From: Prevotellaceae bacterium
Lineage (GTDB): Bacteria > Bacteroidota > Bacteroidia > Bacteroidales > UBA932
Direction: 5' to 3'
Length of the DNA stretch: 59,239 nt
Assembly: GCA_031267135.1 (NCBI GenBank)
Contig: JAIRZQ010000165.1
Location: 1-59,239 of the forward strand
Made by a program: the position numbers and the translations under genes. Within the stretch, counting starts at the first letter, position 1. Each line of letters begins with the position of its first letter. Of the stretch, positions 23,663 to 33,222 are shown piece after piece. The notes below the pieces were generated by a model, which worked only from the letters and a program-made list of their open reading frames with translations, searched no databases and was not told where the DNA came from.

Positions 23663-24086
23663 TGTTTTATAAATTTAATATTTTACTTCCGCAAAAGTAA
23701 ATGAAATATTTTGAATAGCATATTTAATATATGTGAAAAATAGAATAAATTTTAAAGTTGCCGCGTATTATCATGTCCCGATATAGGTTGACATCTAAAA
23801 ACGGAGGATATATGACAAAAAGTATACAGCAATGATATGTACACTTTGCGTTTATTAATAAAGCGCTTATATACGATAGATAATTGTAAAAAGTGGGAAT
23901 ATTTGGTTGTTGTTTTAGTACATTGATTGCACAGTACAAAGATTTTGTTTGTCAATCAGAAAGCATTTAAGAGCGAAACGGGCAGATGTGTTACTCTTCT
24001 ACAAAATCCTCTTTACTTTCAAGCGTTACAGTTTTTTCGGGGAAAATTACCAACCATTTTTGGCATCATTACCATTTAAAATATAA

Positions 24087-24115
24087 GAACGGGACTGTTG
24101 CCTTTAATCCCGTTC
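24087..24115 (-). terminator. Putative terminator after ppiD
   Basis: Perfect 8-bp stem gaacggga/tcccgttc (24087-24094 and 24108-24115). On the minus strand it is followed by TTATATTTT. Confidence 0.4.
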
Positions 24116-24138
24116 CATAAAATTAATATTACGGCTGC

Positions 24139-26238
24139 TTAAAAAAAGTTTGGACGCAAATCTTTTACCTTTGCAGTTTTCAGCAGCGCATTATAAAACG
24201 ATTTACTCGCAGATGCGCGTACAATACGGTCTCGTTCCAGTTCTTCGGTGTAGCCTTCGTCAATTCTTTTTGTCGTAACGGAATAAGCATATACGCCAAT
24301 ATCGCCCGCAACAGGACCGTAAAGCCTGTTTTCGCTGCTGCCGCTTAATGCTGCCGCCAGCTTGGGTTCAACTCCCAAGCCCGAAATATACAGCGAACCA
24401 AAATTTGTTCCGTCCACCGATTGCTTAACATCAGTGCCAAGCTTGGCTGCAAGGTCTTCGAGCGTTGTTACGCCGTTCATTGCCTGTTTCATTTTTTCAG
24501 CTGCCGCCTGATGCTCTTTTTCCTGCCGCAACGTTGCTTCTATGCCTGCTTTTTCATCGCTAAGGGGAGAAAAGCCATCTTCTTTTATTTTTACAACAGA
24601 GGCAACTACAAGCTGCTGTCTGTTGTCGATTTCAATTACATCCGAAACATCGTTTATTTTGGCATTGTAAACCCAGCGAACCAGTTCTTTTGCATCATCA
24701 TAAGTTGCTATTCGCGTTGCCGAGCGCTGCAGCTGATTTTCCTTTTTCAGTTCAATGCCTTTTTCCTGTAAGTATTCGATAAACTTATCATGGGTTTTTC
24801 CGCTTGCAATTACCACATCATTAGCCATTGTGTAAATGTTGTTGAGCGTGGTTTTGCCGGGCAAAATTTCACGTTCGATGGTTGCAATCTGCACTTTTTT
24901 TATTTCTTTTCCACGTTCTGTTACCTGCAAAATATGAAATCCGTATTGGGTTTCAACCTGCATAATTTTGCCGGCGGGCTGAAGAAAGCACGAATCATTG
25001 AAAGGCTGAACCATTGATCCATCTTGAAACCAGCCAAGGTCGCCGCCGCTTTGAGCCGAGCCATCTGCGCTGTTTGTCAATGCAATCACAGGAAACAGCG
25101 AAAGATCTGCTTTCAGCATATTAAACAAGCTGTCGGCTTTGTATTTTGCCGCATCATAGCTTTCCTGCGTCTGTTCGTAGCGTATAAGAATATGGCGGGC
25201 GCGAACCGAGTCGGGAAGATTTTTAATATCGCTTATGCGGGCTGTTTTATATGAATAATTATCAAGATAAACGGGAAGAATATCTTCTTTTGTTGACGAA
25301 AATGCAAATTCCGCAAGGTCTGAACCCAATTCATCCTTTTTGTAATATTTTGCAGATGGCGTTACATCCGAATTTGCCGTAGCAAACAGACGGGCATCCG
25401 TTGTTGCTGCAAAATCGACTGCTATTGCATCCATTTTTTCTTTTGCCTTTACAAAATCTTCTTCGGATGGGAGAATGGAAAAAACAGTATATTCCACATC
25501 GCGCGATTCCGTCTGCTCGTAACGATTTTTATTCTCGTTGTAATATCGTGATATTTCTCTATCTGTTACAACAATTGAACTGTCGCGTTCAGCGCTGTAA
25601 TTCTGCACCACATAGTTAAATTCAACATTAGTCGAACGGTCGGCAACGCCGCTTTTGAGTTGCACGCTGTTGATATATTCCGACTTGCTGACCAGCGCGC
25701 TGTATTTTTCAAATTTCCGGTTTTTTATTATTTCATTTTCAAGGTAGCCTATCAGCATCTGTCTGTCGAGATTGCCGTCTGCATTTGCCCAGAAATAATT
25801 AATGTTTTCCCAGTTCGGTTGCCCTGTAGCAGGATCGGCAAAAAAATTCATGATAATAGGCGAAAGATTATCGCCTTTTGCCAAATCTATAAGTTCGATA
25901 TCCGAAACAGTCAAACCGATTTTAGCATATTCCCTTTCAAAAATATTTTGATTGATAAACGAAAACCATGCATTTTCCTTTGCGTTATCAGCCATTCCTT
26001 CAACCTGCTGACCCTGATAAAGAATTTGTTCTACCTGAGTATAATATTCCATTCGGCGTGAATAATCCTGGTACGAAATTACCGTACCGTTTATTTCCCC
26101 AACATTATTTTTCGACGAAAACATGTTGCTAACAGATTGCAACGATGTCGGGTCGATAATGAATGAAAGAAGGGCGATGCTAATAATAATTAAAATCAGC
26201 CAACCCGCTTTTGTTCTAATTTGCTCTAAAACAGCCAT
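24139..26238 (-). CDS. ppiD: Periplasmic chaperone / peptidyl-prolyl isomerase PpiD-like (SurA-N plus parvulin domain)
   Basis: 699 aa with an N-terminal membrane anchor (GWLILIIISIALLSFII). A central parvulin domain reads ARHILI...GGDLGWF...GFHILQV. Confidence 0.8.
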   Translation of the reverse strand: MAVLEQIRTKAGWLILIIISIALLSFIIDPTSLQSVSNMFSSKNNVGEINGTVISYQDYSRRMEYYTQVEQILYQGQQVEGMADNAKENAWFSFINQNIFEREYAKIGLTVSDIELIDLAKGDNLSPIIMNFFADPATGQPNWENINYFWANADGNLDRQMLIGYLENEIIKNRKFEKYSALVSKSEYINSVQLKSGVADRSTNVEFNYVVQNYSAERDSSIVVTDREISRYYNENKNRYEQTESRDVEYTVFSILPSEEDFVKAKEKMDAIAVDFAATTDARLFATANSDVTPSAKYYKKDELGSDLAEFAFSSTKEDILPVYLDNYSYKTARISDIKNLPDSVRARHILIRYEQTQESYDAAKYKADSLFNMLKADLSLFPVIALTNSADGSAQSGGDLGWFQDGSMVQPFNDSCFLQPAGKIMQVETQYGFHILQVTERGKEIKKVQIATIEREILPGKTTLNNIYTMANDVVIASGKTHDKFIEYLQEKGIELKKENQLQRSATRIATYDDAKELVRWVYNAKINDVSDVIEIDNRQQLVVASVVKIKEDGFSPLSDEKAGIEATLRQEKEHQAAAEKMKQAMNGVTTLEDLAAKLGTDVKQSVDGTNFGSLYISGLGVEPKLAAALSGSSENRLYGPVAGDIGVYAYSVTTKRIDEGYTEELERDRIVRASASKSFYNALLKTAKVKDLRPNFF

Positions 26239-26409
26239 TTTTATTTATATTTTCAATTTGTTTTGTAAAAATCATATTTTTTAGGATTGCAAAGGTATAA
26301 ATAATTTATGATGTACAAATGATATATGTTGAAAATATTTATATAAAATTTTGAATAATATTATTATTTTTGCAGGCGACAAATATTTTTACGGATAAAT
26401 TTTATTGAA

Positions 26410-27693
26410 ATGAATGTTTTATTATTAGGCTCGGGAGGGAGAGAGCATGCGTTTGCATGGAAAATCGCGCAAAGCAAAAAATTGAAAAATCTGTATATCG
26501 CACCCGGCAATCCGGGAACGGCATTAGTGGGACAAAACGTGAACATCGGCATAAATGATTTTGAGGAAATCAAAAAATTCTGTATTGCAAAAGAAATAAA
26601 TATGCTTGTTGTTGGTCCCGAAGAACCGCTGGTAAACGGCATTTACGATTTTTTTACAAACAGCGAACAGTTGAAAAGCATTGCCGTGATAGGAGCATCC
26701 AAAGAGGGAGCAATGCTCGAAGGCAGCAAGGATTTTGCAAAAAAGTTCATGCAAAAATACAACATCCCCACAGCCCGCCATAAAACATTTACAGTTGAAA
26801 ATATTAACAGCGGCTTTGAATTTCTCGAAACGCTCGATGCTCCTTATGTTCTCAAGGCGGATGGGCTTGCAGCAGGCAAGGGAGTTGTAATTTGCGAAAA
26901 TATTGATGAAGCAAAAGCAGCTCTCGCAGAAATGCTTAACGGGAAATTCGGAGCGGCAAGCCGTAAAGTGGTTATCGAAGAATTTTTGAAAGGCATTGAA
27001 GTTTCGATGTTTGTCGTAACCGATGGCATTTCATATAAATTGCTGCCCGAAGCCAAAGATTACAAGCGGGCGAGCGATGGCGACAAGGGCGCAAACACAG
27101 GAGGAATGGGCGCCGTATCGCCTGTTTATTTTGTCGACAGCATATTCAGGCAAAAAGTCTGTTCAAAAATTATTGAGCCAACGATTGCCGGGTTGCAAGC
27201 CGAAAAAATAGATTATCAGGGATTTATTTTCCTTGGACTTATGAATGACTGCGGCGAACCTTACGTGATTGAATACAACGTAAGAATGGGCGATCCGGAA
27301 ACGGAAGCCGTTCTCCCGCGACTTAATGCCGATTTGCTTGATTTGTTGGAAGGCGTTGCGACCAAAACTCTCAGCAGCAAAAAATGTGAAACTTATGCAC
27401 AGGCGGCGGTTACAGTGATTTGCGCTTCGGGCGGATATCCCGATGCGTACAAAAAAGGAATGGAAATTTCGGGCATCGAAACTGTTGATGAAAGTATTGT
27501 TTTTCAGGCGGGAACAACCGTATGCAATAACAGGCTGCAAACTTCGGGAGGCAGAGTTTTAGCTGTAACATCACTTGACGATACAGTTGAAAATGCTTTG
27601 AAAAAATCGTATTCAAGCATAGCCAAAATCGAATTTCGAGATATGTATTTTCGCAAGGATATCGGACAGGACATACTTAACGGCAAAAAATGA
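26410..27693 (+). CDS. purD: Phosphoribosylamine--glycine ligase
   Basis: 427 aa, beginning MNVLLLGSGGREHAFAWKIAQS, with an ATP-grasp core and a GGRVLAVT C-terminal motif. Confidence 0.95.
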   Translation: MNVLLLGSGGREHAFAWKIAQSKKLKNLYIAPGNPGTALVGQNVNIGINDFEEIKKFCIAKEINMLVVGPEEPLVNGIYDFFTNSEQLKSIAVIGASKEGAMLEGSKDFAKKFMQKYNIPTARHKTFTVENINSGFEFLETLDAPYVLKADGLAAGKGVVICENIDEAKAALAEMLNGKFGAASRKVVIEEFLKGIEVSMFVVTDGISYKLLPEAKDYKRASDGDKGANTGGMGAVSPVYFVDSIFRQKVCSKIIEPTIAGLQAEKIDYQGFIFLGLMNDCGEPYVIEYNVRMGDPETEAVLPRLNADLLDLLEGVATKTLSSKKCETYAQAAVTVICASGGYPDAYKKGMEISGIETVDESIVFQAGTTVCNNRLQTSGGRVLAVTSLDDTVENALKKSYSSIAKIEFRDMYFRKDIGQDILNGKK

Positions 27694-28673
27694 TTCTTGA
27701 TACTTTCCGGCATAGAGGCGTAAAACGGTTTGTTTTTATTTTGTTTTGCATTACTATTTTGTTTTGGCAAAAAATAACGGTTTTTCATGAAGCTAATCCT
27801 CTGCCGATTATTCCGGCAGACACGATTTTGGGTTTGCTGGCACAAACAAATATCTACCTGTCGGTATTCGCCGAAATATCGTTGTTGCTGATATGTTCAT
27901 ACTGTTTTATAATAGTGCTTTCGCTGTACGATATTTTGCCCGGCAGAAAATATCTTGCCGCAATACTGTTTTTGTGTACCGTAAGCGTTTTTACAGATGC
28001 TCAAACCATTGCCGGCAGCGTGTGTGCGCTGGTTTTTCAGATGTGTGCATTTTATAATCTTTTCCGCACATATCATAGCGGTCAAATAAAATCTCCGGTT
28101 TTTATTGCAGCGTTTTTTACAGGCATTTCCATTATGTTTTCATTTCCATTTATTATAGCCATAATAAATTTAACAGCAGGCATTTGGATTTTTGGCATAA
28201 TGACTTGGCGTACCATAATATCCATGATTTTAGGATTGCTTACGCCTTTCGTTTTTTTACTTTATTTTTTTCAGCTTGCACATCACGATATAAATTTGAT
28301 GCTGTATGCAGTCGAAAACAACTTTAATAATCTGTTCGCGGGTCTGTTTGATTTTGATAATTTTTCTGCGGCTTTTATGGGATTTGTTTTTGTTGTAACT
28401 TTGTTTTCAATGCTTAAAGTCAGTAAATACACAAAAACTATACAGCGAATGATTAACAACCTGTTTTATTTTATATTTGTTACATCGGCTGTCATTACCG
28501 TTTTTATACAGAGCATGCAGTCATACGGCATCATGCTGTTCGGCATTTCGACCGCTTACTTGCTTACAAGGTTTTCACAGCTCGTAAAGCACAAATGGAT
28601 TGCAGAATTTATTGTTTTTGCAATATTGATTGCCGCTGCAGCTTACAGCAACCGGACGCTTTTCTTTCATTAG
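27690..28673 (+). CDS. Polytopic integral membrane protein, unknown function
   Basis: 327 aa with at least eight hydrophobic segments. Its start overlaps the purD stop (ATGA), which suggests translational coupling. Confidence 0.6.
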   Translation: MILDTFRHRGVKRFVFILFCITILFWQKITVFHEANPLPIIPADTILGLLAQTNIYLSVFAEISLLLICSYCFIIVLSLYDILPGRKYLAAILFLCTVSVFTDAQTIAGSVCALVFQMCAFYNLFRTYHSGQIKSPVFIAAFFTGISIMFSFPFIIAIINLTAGIWIFGIMTWRTIISMILGLLTPFVFLLYFFQLAHHDINLMLYAVENNFNNLFAGLFDFDNFSAAFMGFVFVVTLFSMLKVSKYTKTIQRMINNLFYFIFVTSAVITVFIQSMQSYGIMLFGISTAYLLTRFSQLVKHKWIAEFIVFAILIAAAAYSNRTLFFH

Positions 28674-28896
28674 CCATCTTCGGAAAATGATCAGCAATAT
28701 GGATTAAGATTATACAAAGCGCAATCAAGTTGAATTTGGGCGCATAATGTCTTTATTGTAAACCCGTCAGGTTAGAGTTTGTTTCTTTTTCTACCAATAT
28801 TCTGCCCTTGACAGAATGTTTTTTATTTACTGTTGTTGTATTTACCATTGACGATTGAATATCCAAATTTTTAGATCATTAAATTGTGAATTTTAA

Positions 28897-29028
28897 ACAT
28901 CGCCATCTTGCATTCGCAAGACCACCGTCTTTAAATGTCAACATCGCCATCTTTAAACCACAAGACCGCCGTCTTCAAACAATAAGATCGCCATCTTTAA
29001 GCATCAAGACCACCGTGTTGTGAAAACG
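28897..29028. repeat. Array of six tandem units of about 21-23 bp, each containing a 14-bp 5-4-5 palindrome
   Basis: The units start at 28897, 28918, 28941, 28962, 28984 and 29006. They alternate between the (A)AGATCGCCATCTT type and the AAGACCRCCGTCTT type. The last unit is degenerate (AAGACCACCGTGTT). Confidence 0.8.
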
Positions 29029-29320
29029 AGACGGGCACGCCTGAATTTTACTTGCCCGTCAGTGTTACAAAGGTATAAATATTTTTTTTAACTTTACATG
29101 CAAATGAATAAAATATTAACTGTTTTTTATTGTACCGCCCCAAGCCGCATCTGTGCCGTCAATTTAAGGTTAAACCTTATTTATTTGCCGCTTTTATTCT
29201 ACATGCTATTGAAATATGTAAGAGCCGGCATCGAAAAGCGTCAAATTCAGCTGCAAATTCTTCAACTATTGTCTGTCAACTATTTTAATTATCTTTGCGC
29301 AAAATATCAAGATACAATAA

Positions 29321-31108
29321 ATGAATAACATTCGTAATTTCTGCATAATTGCCCATATCGACCACGGGAAAAGCACGCTCGCCGACCGTTTGCTGCAAAC
29401 GACAAATACGCTGTCGGAACGCGATTTCCAGGATCAGGTGCTTGATGACATGGATTTGGAGCGCGAAAAGGGCATTACCATAAAAAGCCATGCAATACAA
29501 ATGGAATATATATACAACGGTGAGAAATATATTCTAAACCTGATTGATACTCCGGGTCATGTTGATTTTTCGTATGAAGTGTCGCGGGCAATTGCTTCGT
29601 GCGAAGGCGCGCTGCTTGTTGTAGATGCCACTCAAGGCATTCAGGCGCAAACAATATCAAATCTTTATCTGGCGCTCGAAAACGATTTGGAAATCATCCC
29701 GGTGCTTAATAAAATCGATATGGCGGCGGCAATGATTGAAGAAGTAAGCGACCAGATAGTTGATTTGACAGGATGTCCCCGGCAGGATATAATCCTTGCC
29801 AGCGGAAGAACAGGCGAAGGCGTACCGCAAATTCTGGAAGCAATCATCAACCGCATAAAACCTCCGCAAGGCGATATAAATGCTCCGCTGCAGGCATTGA
29901 TTTTCGATTCGGTTTTCAATTCGTTTCGAGGAATAATTGCATATTTCAAAGTAAAAAACGGAATTATCCGCAAGGGTGACAAGGTAAAGTTTTTTGCGAC
30001 AGGCAAAGAATACGAAGCCGATGAAGTCGGAGTGCTTAAACTTGCGCTGCTGCCGCGAAGCGAAATCAGAGCCGGAGATGTGGGATACATAATATCGGGC
30101 ATAAAAACAGCAACCGAAGTAAAGGTGGGCGATACCATAACGCATGTCGAAAATCCATGCAATGCTAATATAGACGGATTTGAAGACGTAAAGCCAATGC
30201 TGTTTGCAGGAGTTTATCCGGTGTCAACCGACGAATATGAAGAGCTACGCGCTGCAATGGAAAAATTAAAGCTCAACGATGCATCGCTCACCTTTGAACC
30301 CGAATCGTCAATGGCTTTGGGTTTCGGGTTTCGCTGCGGCTTTCTCGGACTGCTGCACCTCGAAATCATTCAGGAGCGCCTGTATCGCGAATTCGACATG
30401 GACGTGATTACAACCGTGCCAAACGTATCTTTTGATGTTTACACAACAGGCGGCGAAAAAACCGTTGTTCATAATCCTTCGGGGCTGCCGGCGCAAACCG
30501 CTATCGACCGTATCGAAGAACCGTATATTTCGGCGCAGATAATAACAAAAAGCGAATACCTCGGCGCAGTTGTCAAGCTGTGTCTCGACAGACGCGGCAC
30601 ATTGAAGAACCAGTCGTTCCTGACAACCGACAGAGTAGAGCTTACTTTCGATATGCCGTTATCGGAAATAGTTTTCGACTTTTACGACAAGCTTAAAAGC
30701 ATTTCCCGCGGATATGCTTCGTTCGACTATTCACTTACCAATTATCAATCAGCCGATTTGATTAAGCTGGATATTCTTCTGAACGGCGAGCAGGTAGATG
30801 CGCTTTCAAGCCTCACGCACCGCAGTCATGCATACGATTTCGGCAGAAAAATGTGCGAGAAATTAAAAGAGCTAATCCCGCGGCAACAGTTCGACATAGC
30901 TATTCAGGCTGCAATAGGCGCAAAAATAATTGCCCGCGAAACAGTGAAAGCCGTGCGCAAGGATGTTACCGCAAAATGTTATGGCGGCGACATTACGCGC
31001 AAACGCAAACTTTTGGAAAAACAGAAAAAAGGCAAAAAACGCATGCGTCAAATAGGCAGCGTTGAAGTTCCGCAAGAAGCGTTTTTAGCAGTCTTGAAAA
31101 TGGAATGA
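29321..31108 (+). CDS. lepA: Translation elongation factor 4
   Basis: 595 aa, beginning [23 protein letters not shown], with the LepA-specific C-terminal region. Confidence 0.97.
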   Translation: MNNIRNFCIIAHIDHGKSTLADRLLQTTNTLSERDFQDQVLDDMDLEREKGITIKSHAIQMEYIYNGEKYILNLIDTPGHVDFSYEVSRAIASCEGALLVVDATQGIQAQTISNLYLALENDLEIIPVLNKIDMAAAMIEEVSDQIVDLTGCPRQDIILASGRTGEGVPQILEAIINRIKPPQGDINAPLQALIFDSVFNSFRGIIAYFKVKNGIIRKGDKVKFFATGKEYEADEVGVLKLALLPRSEIRAGDVGYIISGIKTATEVKVGDTITHVENPCNANIDGFEDVKPMLFAGVYPVSTDEYEELRAAMEKLKLNDASLTFEPESSMALGFGFRCGFLGLLHLEIIQERLYREFDMDVITTVPNVSFDVYTTGGEKTVVHNPSGLPAQTAIDRIEEPYISAQIITKSEYLGAVVKLCLDRRGTLKNQSFLTTDRVELTFDMPLSEIVFDFYDKLKSISRGYASFDYSLTNYQSADLIKLDILLNGEQVDALSSLTHRSHAYDFGRKMCEKLKELIPRQQFDIAIQAAIGAKIIARETVKAVRKDVTAKCYGGDITRKRKLLEKQKKGKKRMRQIGSVEVPQEAFLAVLKME

Positions 31109-31119
31109 TGAAATAAAAA

Positions 31120-31154
31120 CCCCGGCAGTCTTTCAAATTTCTGTCGGGGTTTTT
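31120..31154. terminator. Bidirectional rho-independent terminator between lepA and aspS
   Basis: Stem ccccggcag/ctgtcgggg (31120-31128 and 31141-31149, with one G-U pair). It is flanked by an A-run upstream and ttttt downstream. Confidence 0.7.
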
Positions 31155-31208
31155 AATTTACGGTTTTAATGCAAGCGTATACTGTTTTTGAAAAAACCGT
31201 CGTTGTCT

Positions 31209-32972
31209 TTATTTTTGTTTTATATCAACCTTTATCGACAATTCTTCCAGTTGAGAGTCGTCAACAGGCGAAGGAGAATCAATCATAACATCTCTGCCGC
31301 TGTTGTTTTTTGGGAAAGCAATATAGTCGCGTATCGAATCGCTTCCGCCAAACATTGCGCAAAAGCGGTCGAAGCCAAAAGCAATTCCGCCATGCGGAGG
31401 CGCTCCGTACTTAAATGCATTCATCAAAAATCCAAATTGAGCTTCGGCAGCTTCGGGCGTAAATCCAAGTATCTCAAACATTCGCTGCTGTAGTTTTCTG
31501 TCGAAAATACGAATTGAGCCGCCTCCAAGCTCAACGCCATTCACAACAAAGTCGTAGGCATTTGCATTCACATTGCCTATATCTTCGTTTTTGTTGCTGT
31601 AAAACCTGTCAACATCTTCGGGCTTGGGCGATGTAAACGGGTGATGCATTGCATAAAACCGCTGCGTTTCGTCGTCCCATTCAAACAGAGGAAAATCAAC
31701 AACCCACAGCGGAGCAAATTTGTTTACGTTACGCAATCCCAATCTGTTACCCATTTCCAGCCGCAAAGTTCCCAATTGTCCCTGCGCTTTTTTCTTCGTT
31801 CCGCAAAGTATCAGAATCAAATCACCCTGCTGCGCTTCTGTTTTGTCGGCAATTTTCTGCAACTGTTCGGCTGTAAAATATTTGTCGATACTCGATTTTA
31901 TTCCATCTTCTCCAATCCTGACATAAATCAATCCCGATGCTCCTATTTGCGGGCGTTTTACCCATTCGGCAAGCTCGTCCGTTTGTCTGCGTGTATATGA
32001 GCTGCAACCTTTTGCACAAATTGCGCCGACATATTCCGAACTGTCGAATATCGAAAATCCGCTGTTTTTAACAAGTTCCGTAATTTCGCTTATTTTCATG
32101 TCAAAACGAATATCAGGCTTGTCGCTGCCGTAATATTTCATTGCATCGGCATACGGCATTTGCGGTACTTTATCTAACTCAACATTCAACACATTTTTGA
32201 AAAGATGCTTTGCCAGACCTTCGAACATCAATAAAACATCTTTCTGTTCGACAAACGACATTTCGCAGTCAATCTGCGTAAATTCCGGCTGACGGTCGGC
32301 ACGCAAATCCTCATCGCGGAAACAGCGAACAATTTGAAAGTAACGGTCGTAGCCTGCAACCATAAGTATTTGTTTGAATGTTTGCGGCGATTGCGGGAGC
32401 GCATAAAATTCGCCTGCATTTACACGCGAAGGCACAACAAAGTCGCGAGCGCCTTCGGGCGTGGATTTTATAAGGCAGGGCGTTTCTATTTCGAGAAAAT
32501 TTTGCGAATCCAGATATTTCCGCACTTCCTGAGCCATTTTATGCCGCAACGACAATGCGCGTTTCAGCGGATTACGCCGCAAATCCAAATACCTGTACTT
32601 CATTCGCAAATCGTCTCCGCCATCCGAATTGTCCTCTATGGTAAACGGAGGCACTTCGGACTTGTTCAAAACAGTGATTTTGTCAACTGCAATTTCAATG
32701 TCGCCGGTATCTATTTTTGCGTTTTTTGCAGAGCGTTCCTTTACTTCGCCTTCAGCCTGAATTACAAATTCGCGACCAAGCCCGGCGGTTATTTGTTTTA
32801 CTTCATCCGTCGATTTGTCAGCAACAACAAGTTGCGTAATTCCGTAACGGTCGCGCAGGTCGATAAAGGTCATGGCTCCGAGTTCGCGTATTCGCTGTAC
32901 CCAGCCGGAAAGTATTACTTTGTCTGATTTGTTTTGTATGCGAAGCTCGCCGCAAGTATGTGTTCTGTACAT
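31209..32972 (-). CDS. aspS: Aspartate--tRNA ligase
   Basis: 587 aa, beginning [11 protein letters not shown], with class II motifs ([18 protein letters not shown] and GGIAFGFDR). Confidence 0.96.
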   Translation of the reverse strand: MYRTHTCGELRIQNKSDKVILSGWVQRIRELGAMTFIDLRDRYGITQLVVADKSTDEVKQITAGLGREFVIQAEGEVKERSAKNAKIDTGDIEIAVDKITVLNKSEVPPFTIEDNSDGGDDLRMKYRYLDLRRNPLKRALSLRHKMAQEVRKYLDSQNFLEIETPCLIKSTPEGARDFVVPSRVNAGEFYALPQSPQTFKQILMVAGYDRYFQIVRCFRDEDLRADRQPEFTQIDCEMSFVEQKDVLLMFEGLAKHLFKNVLNVELDKVPQMPYADAMKYYGSDKPDIRFDMKISEITELVKNSGFSIFDSSEYVGAICAKGCSSYTRRQTDELAEWVKRPQIGASGLIYVRIGEDGIKSSIDKYFTAEQLQKIADKTEAQQGDLILILCGTKKKAQGQLGTLRLEMGNRLGLRNVNKFAPLWVVDFPLFEWDDETQRFYAMHHPFTSPKPEDVDRFYSNKNEDIGNVNANAYDFVVNGVELGGGSIRIFDRKLQQRMFEILGFTPEAAEAQFGFLMNAFKYGAPPHGGIAFGFDRFCAMFGGSDSIRDYIAFPKNNSGRDVMIDSPSPVDDSQLEELSIKVDIKQK

Positions 32973-33222
32973 TTTTACTGTTTATGATTTAAAGTTACAA
33001 AGTGTAAAATTAATCAGATTTTGGGAAATAGAATAAATTATCAAGTTTTTTTTGTTTTTCGCCGGCTCAAATAATCAGCCATTCCTTTTAGACAGAGTTT
33101 TAACCCGACGCAATGAAACGCATCTTATATTGCCGGCTAATCTGAATCAATATAAATTGACAAACAAAACAATCTTTATAATAAGGCTATATTATTATTT
33201 ACAGCGAATACACCCTGTAATG

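Noticed and set aside
23724-23955. Two overlapping minus-strand ORFs of about 70 aa between the AsmA-like gene and ppiD.
   Set aside because: They are mutually overlapping frames in an AT-rich intergenic region, without signal, motif or coupling to neighbours.
28897-29028. Possible CRISPR array.
   Set aside because: The repeat units are contiguous (period of about 22 bp) with no unique spacers. The units are only about 14-bp palindromes, and no cas genes are in the window.
29098-29328. 76-aa + ORF just upstream of lepA.
   Set aside because: It overlaps the lepA start, has an odd composition and no motifs. It more likely lies within the lepA 5' region or promoter.
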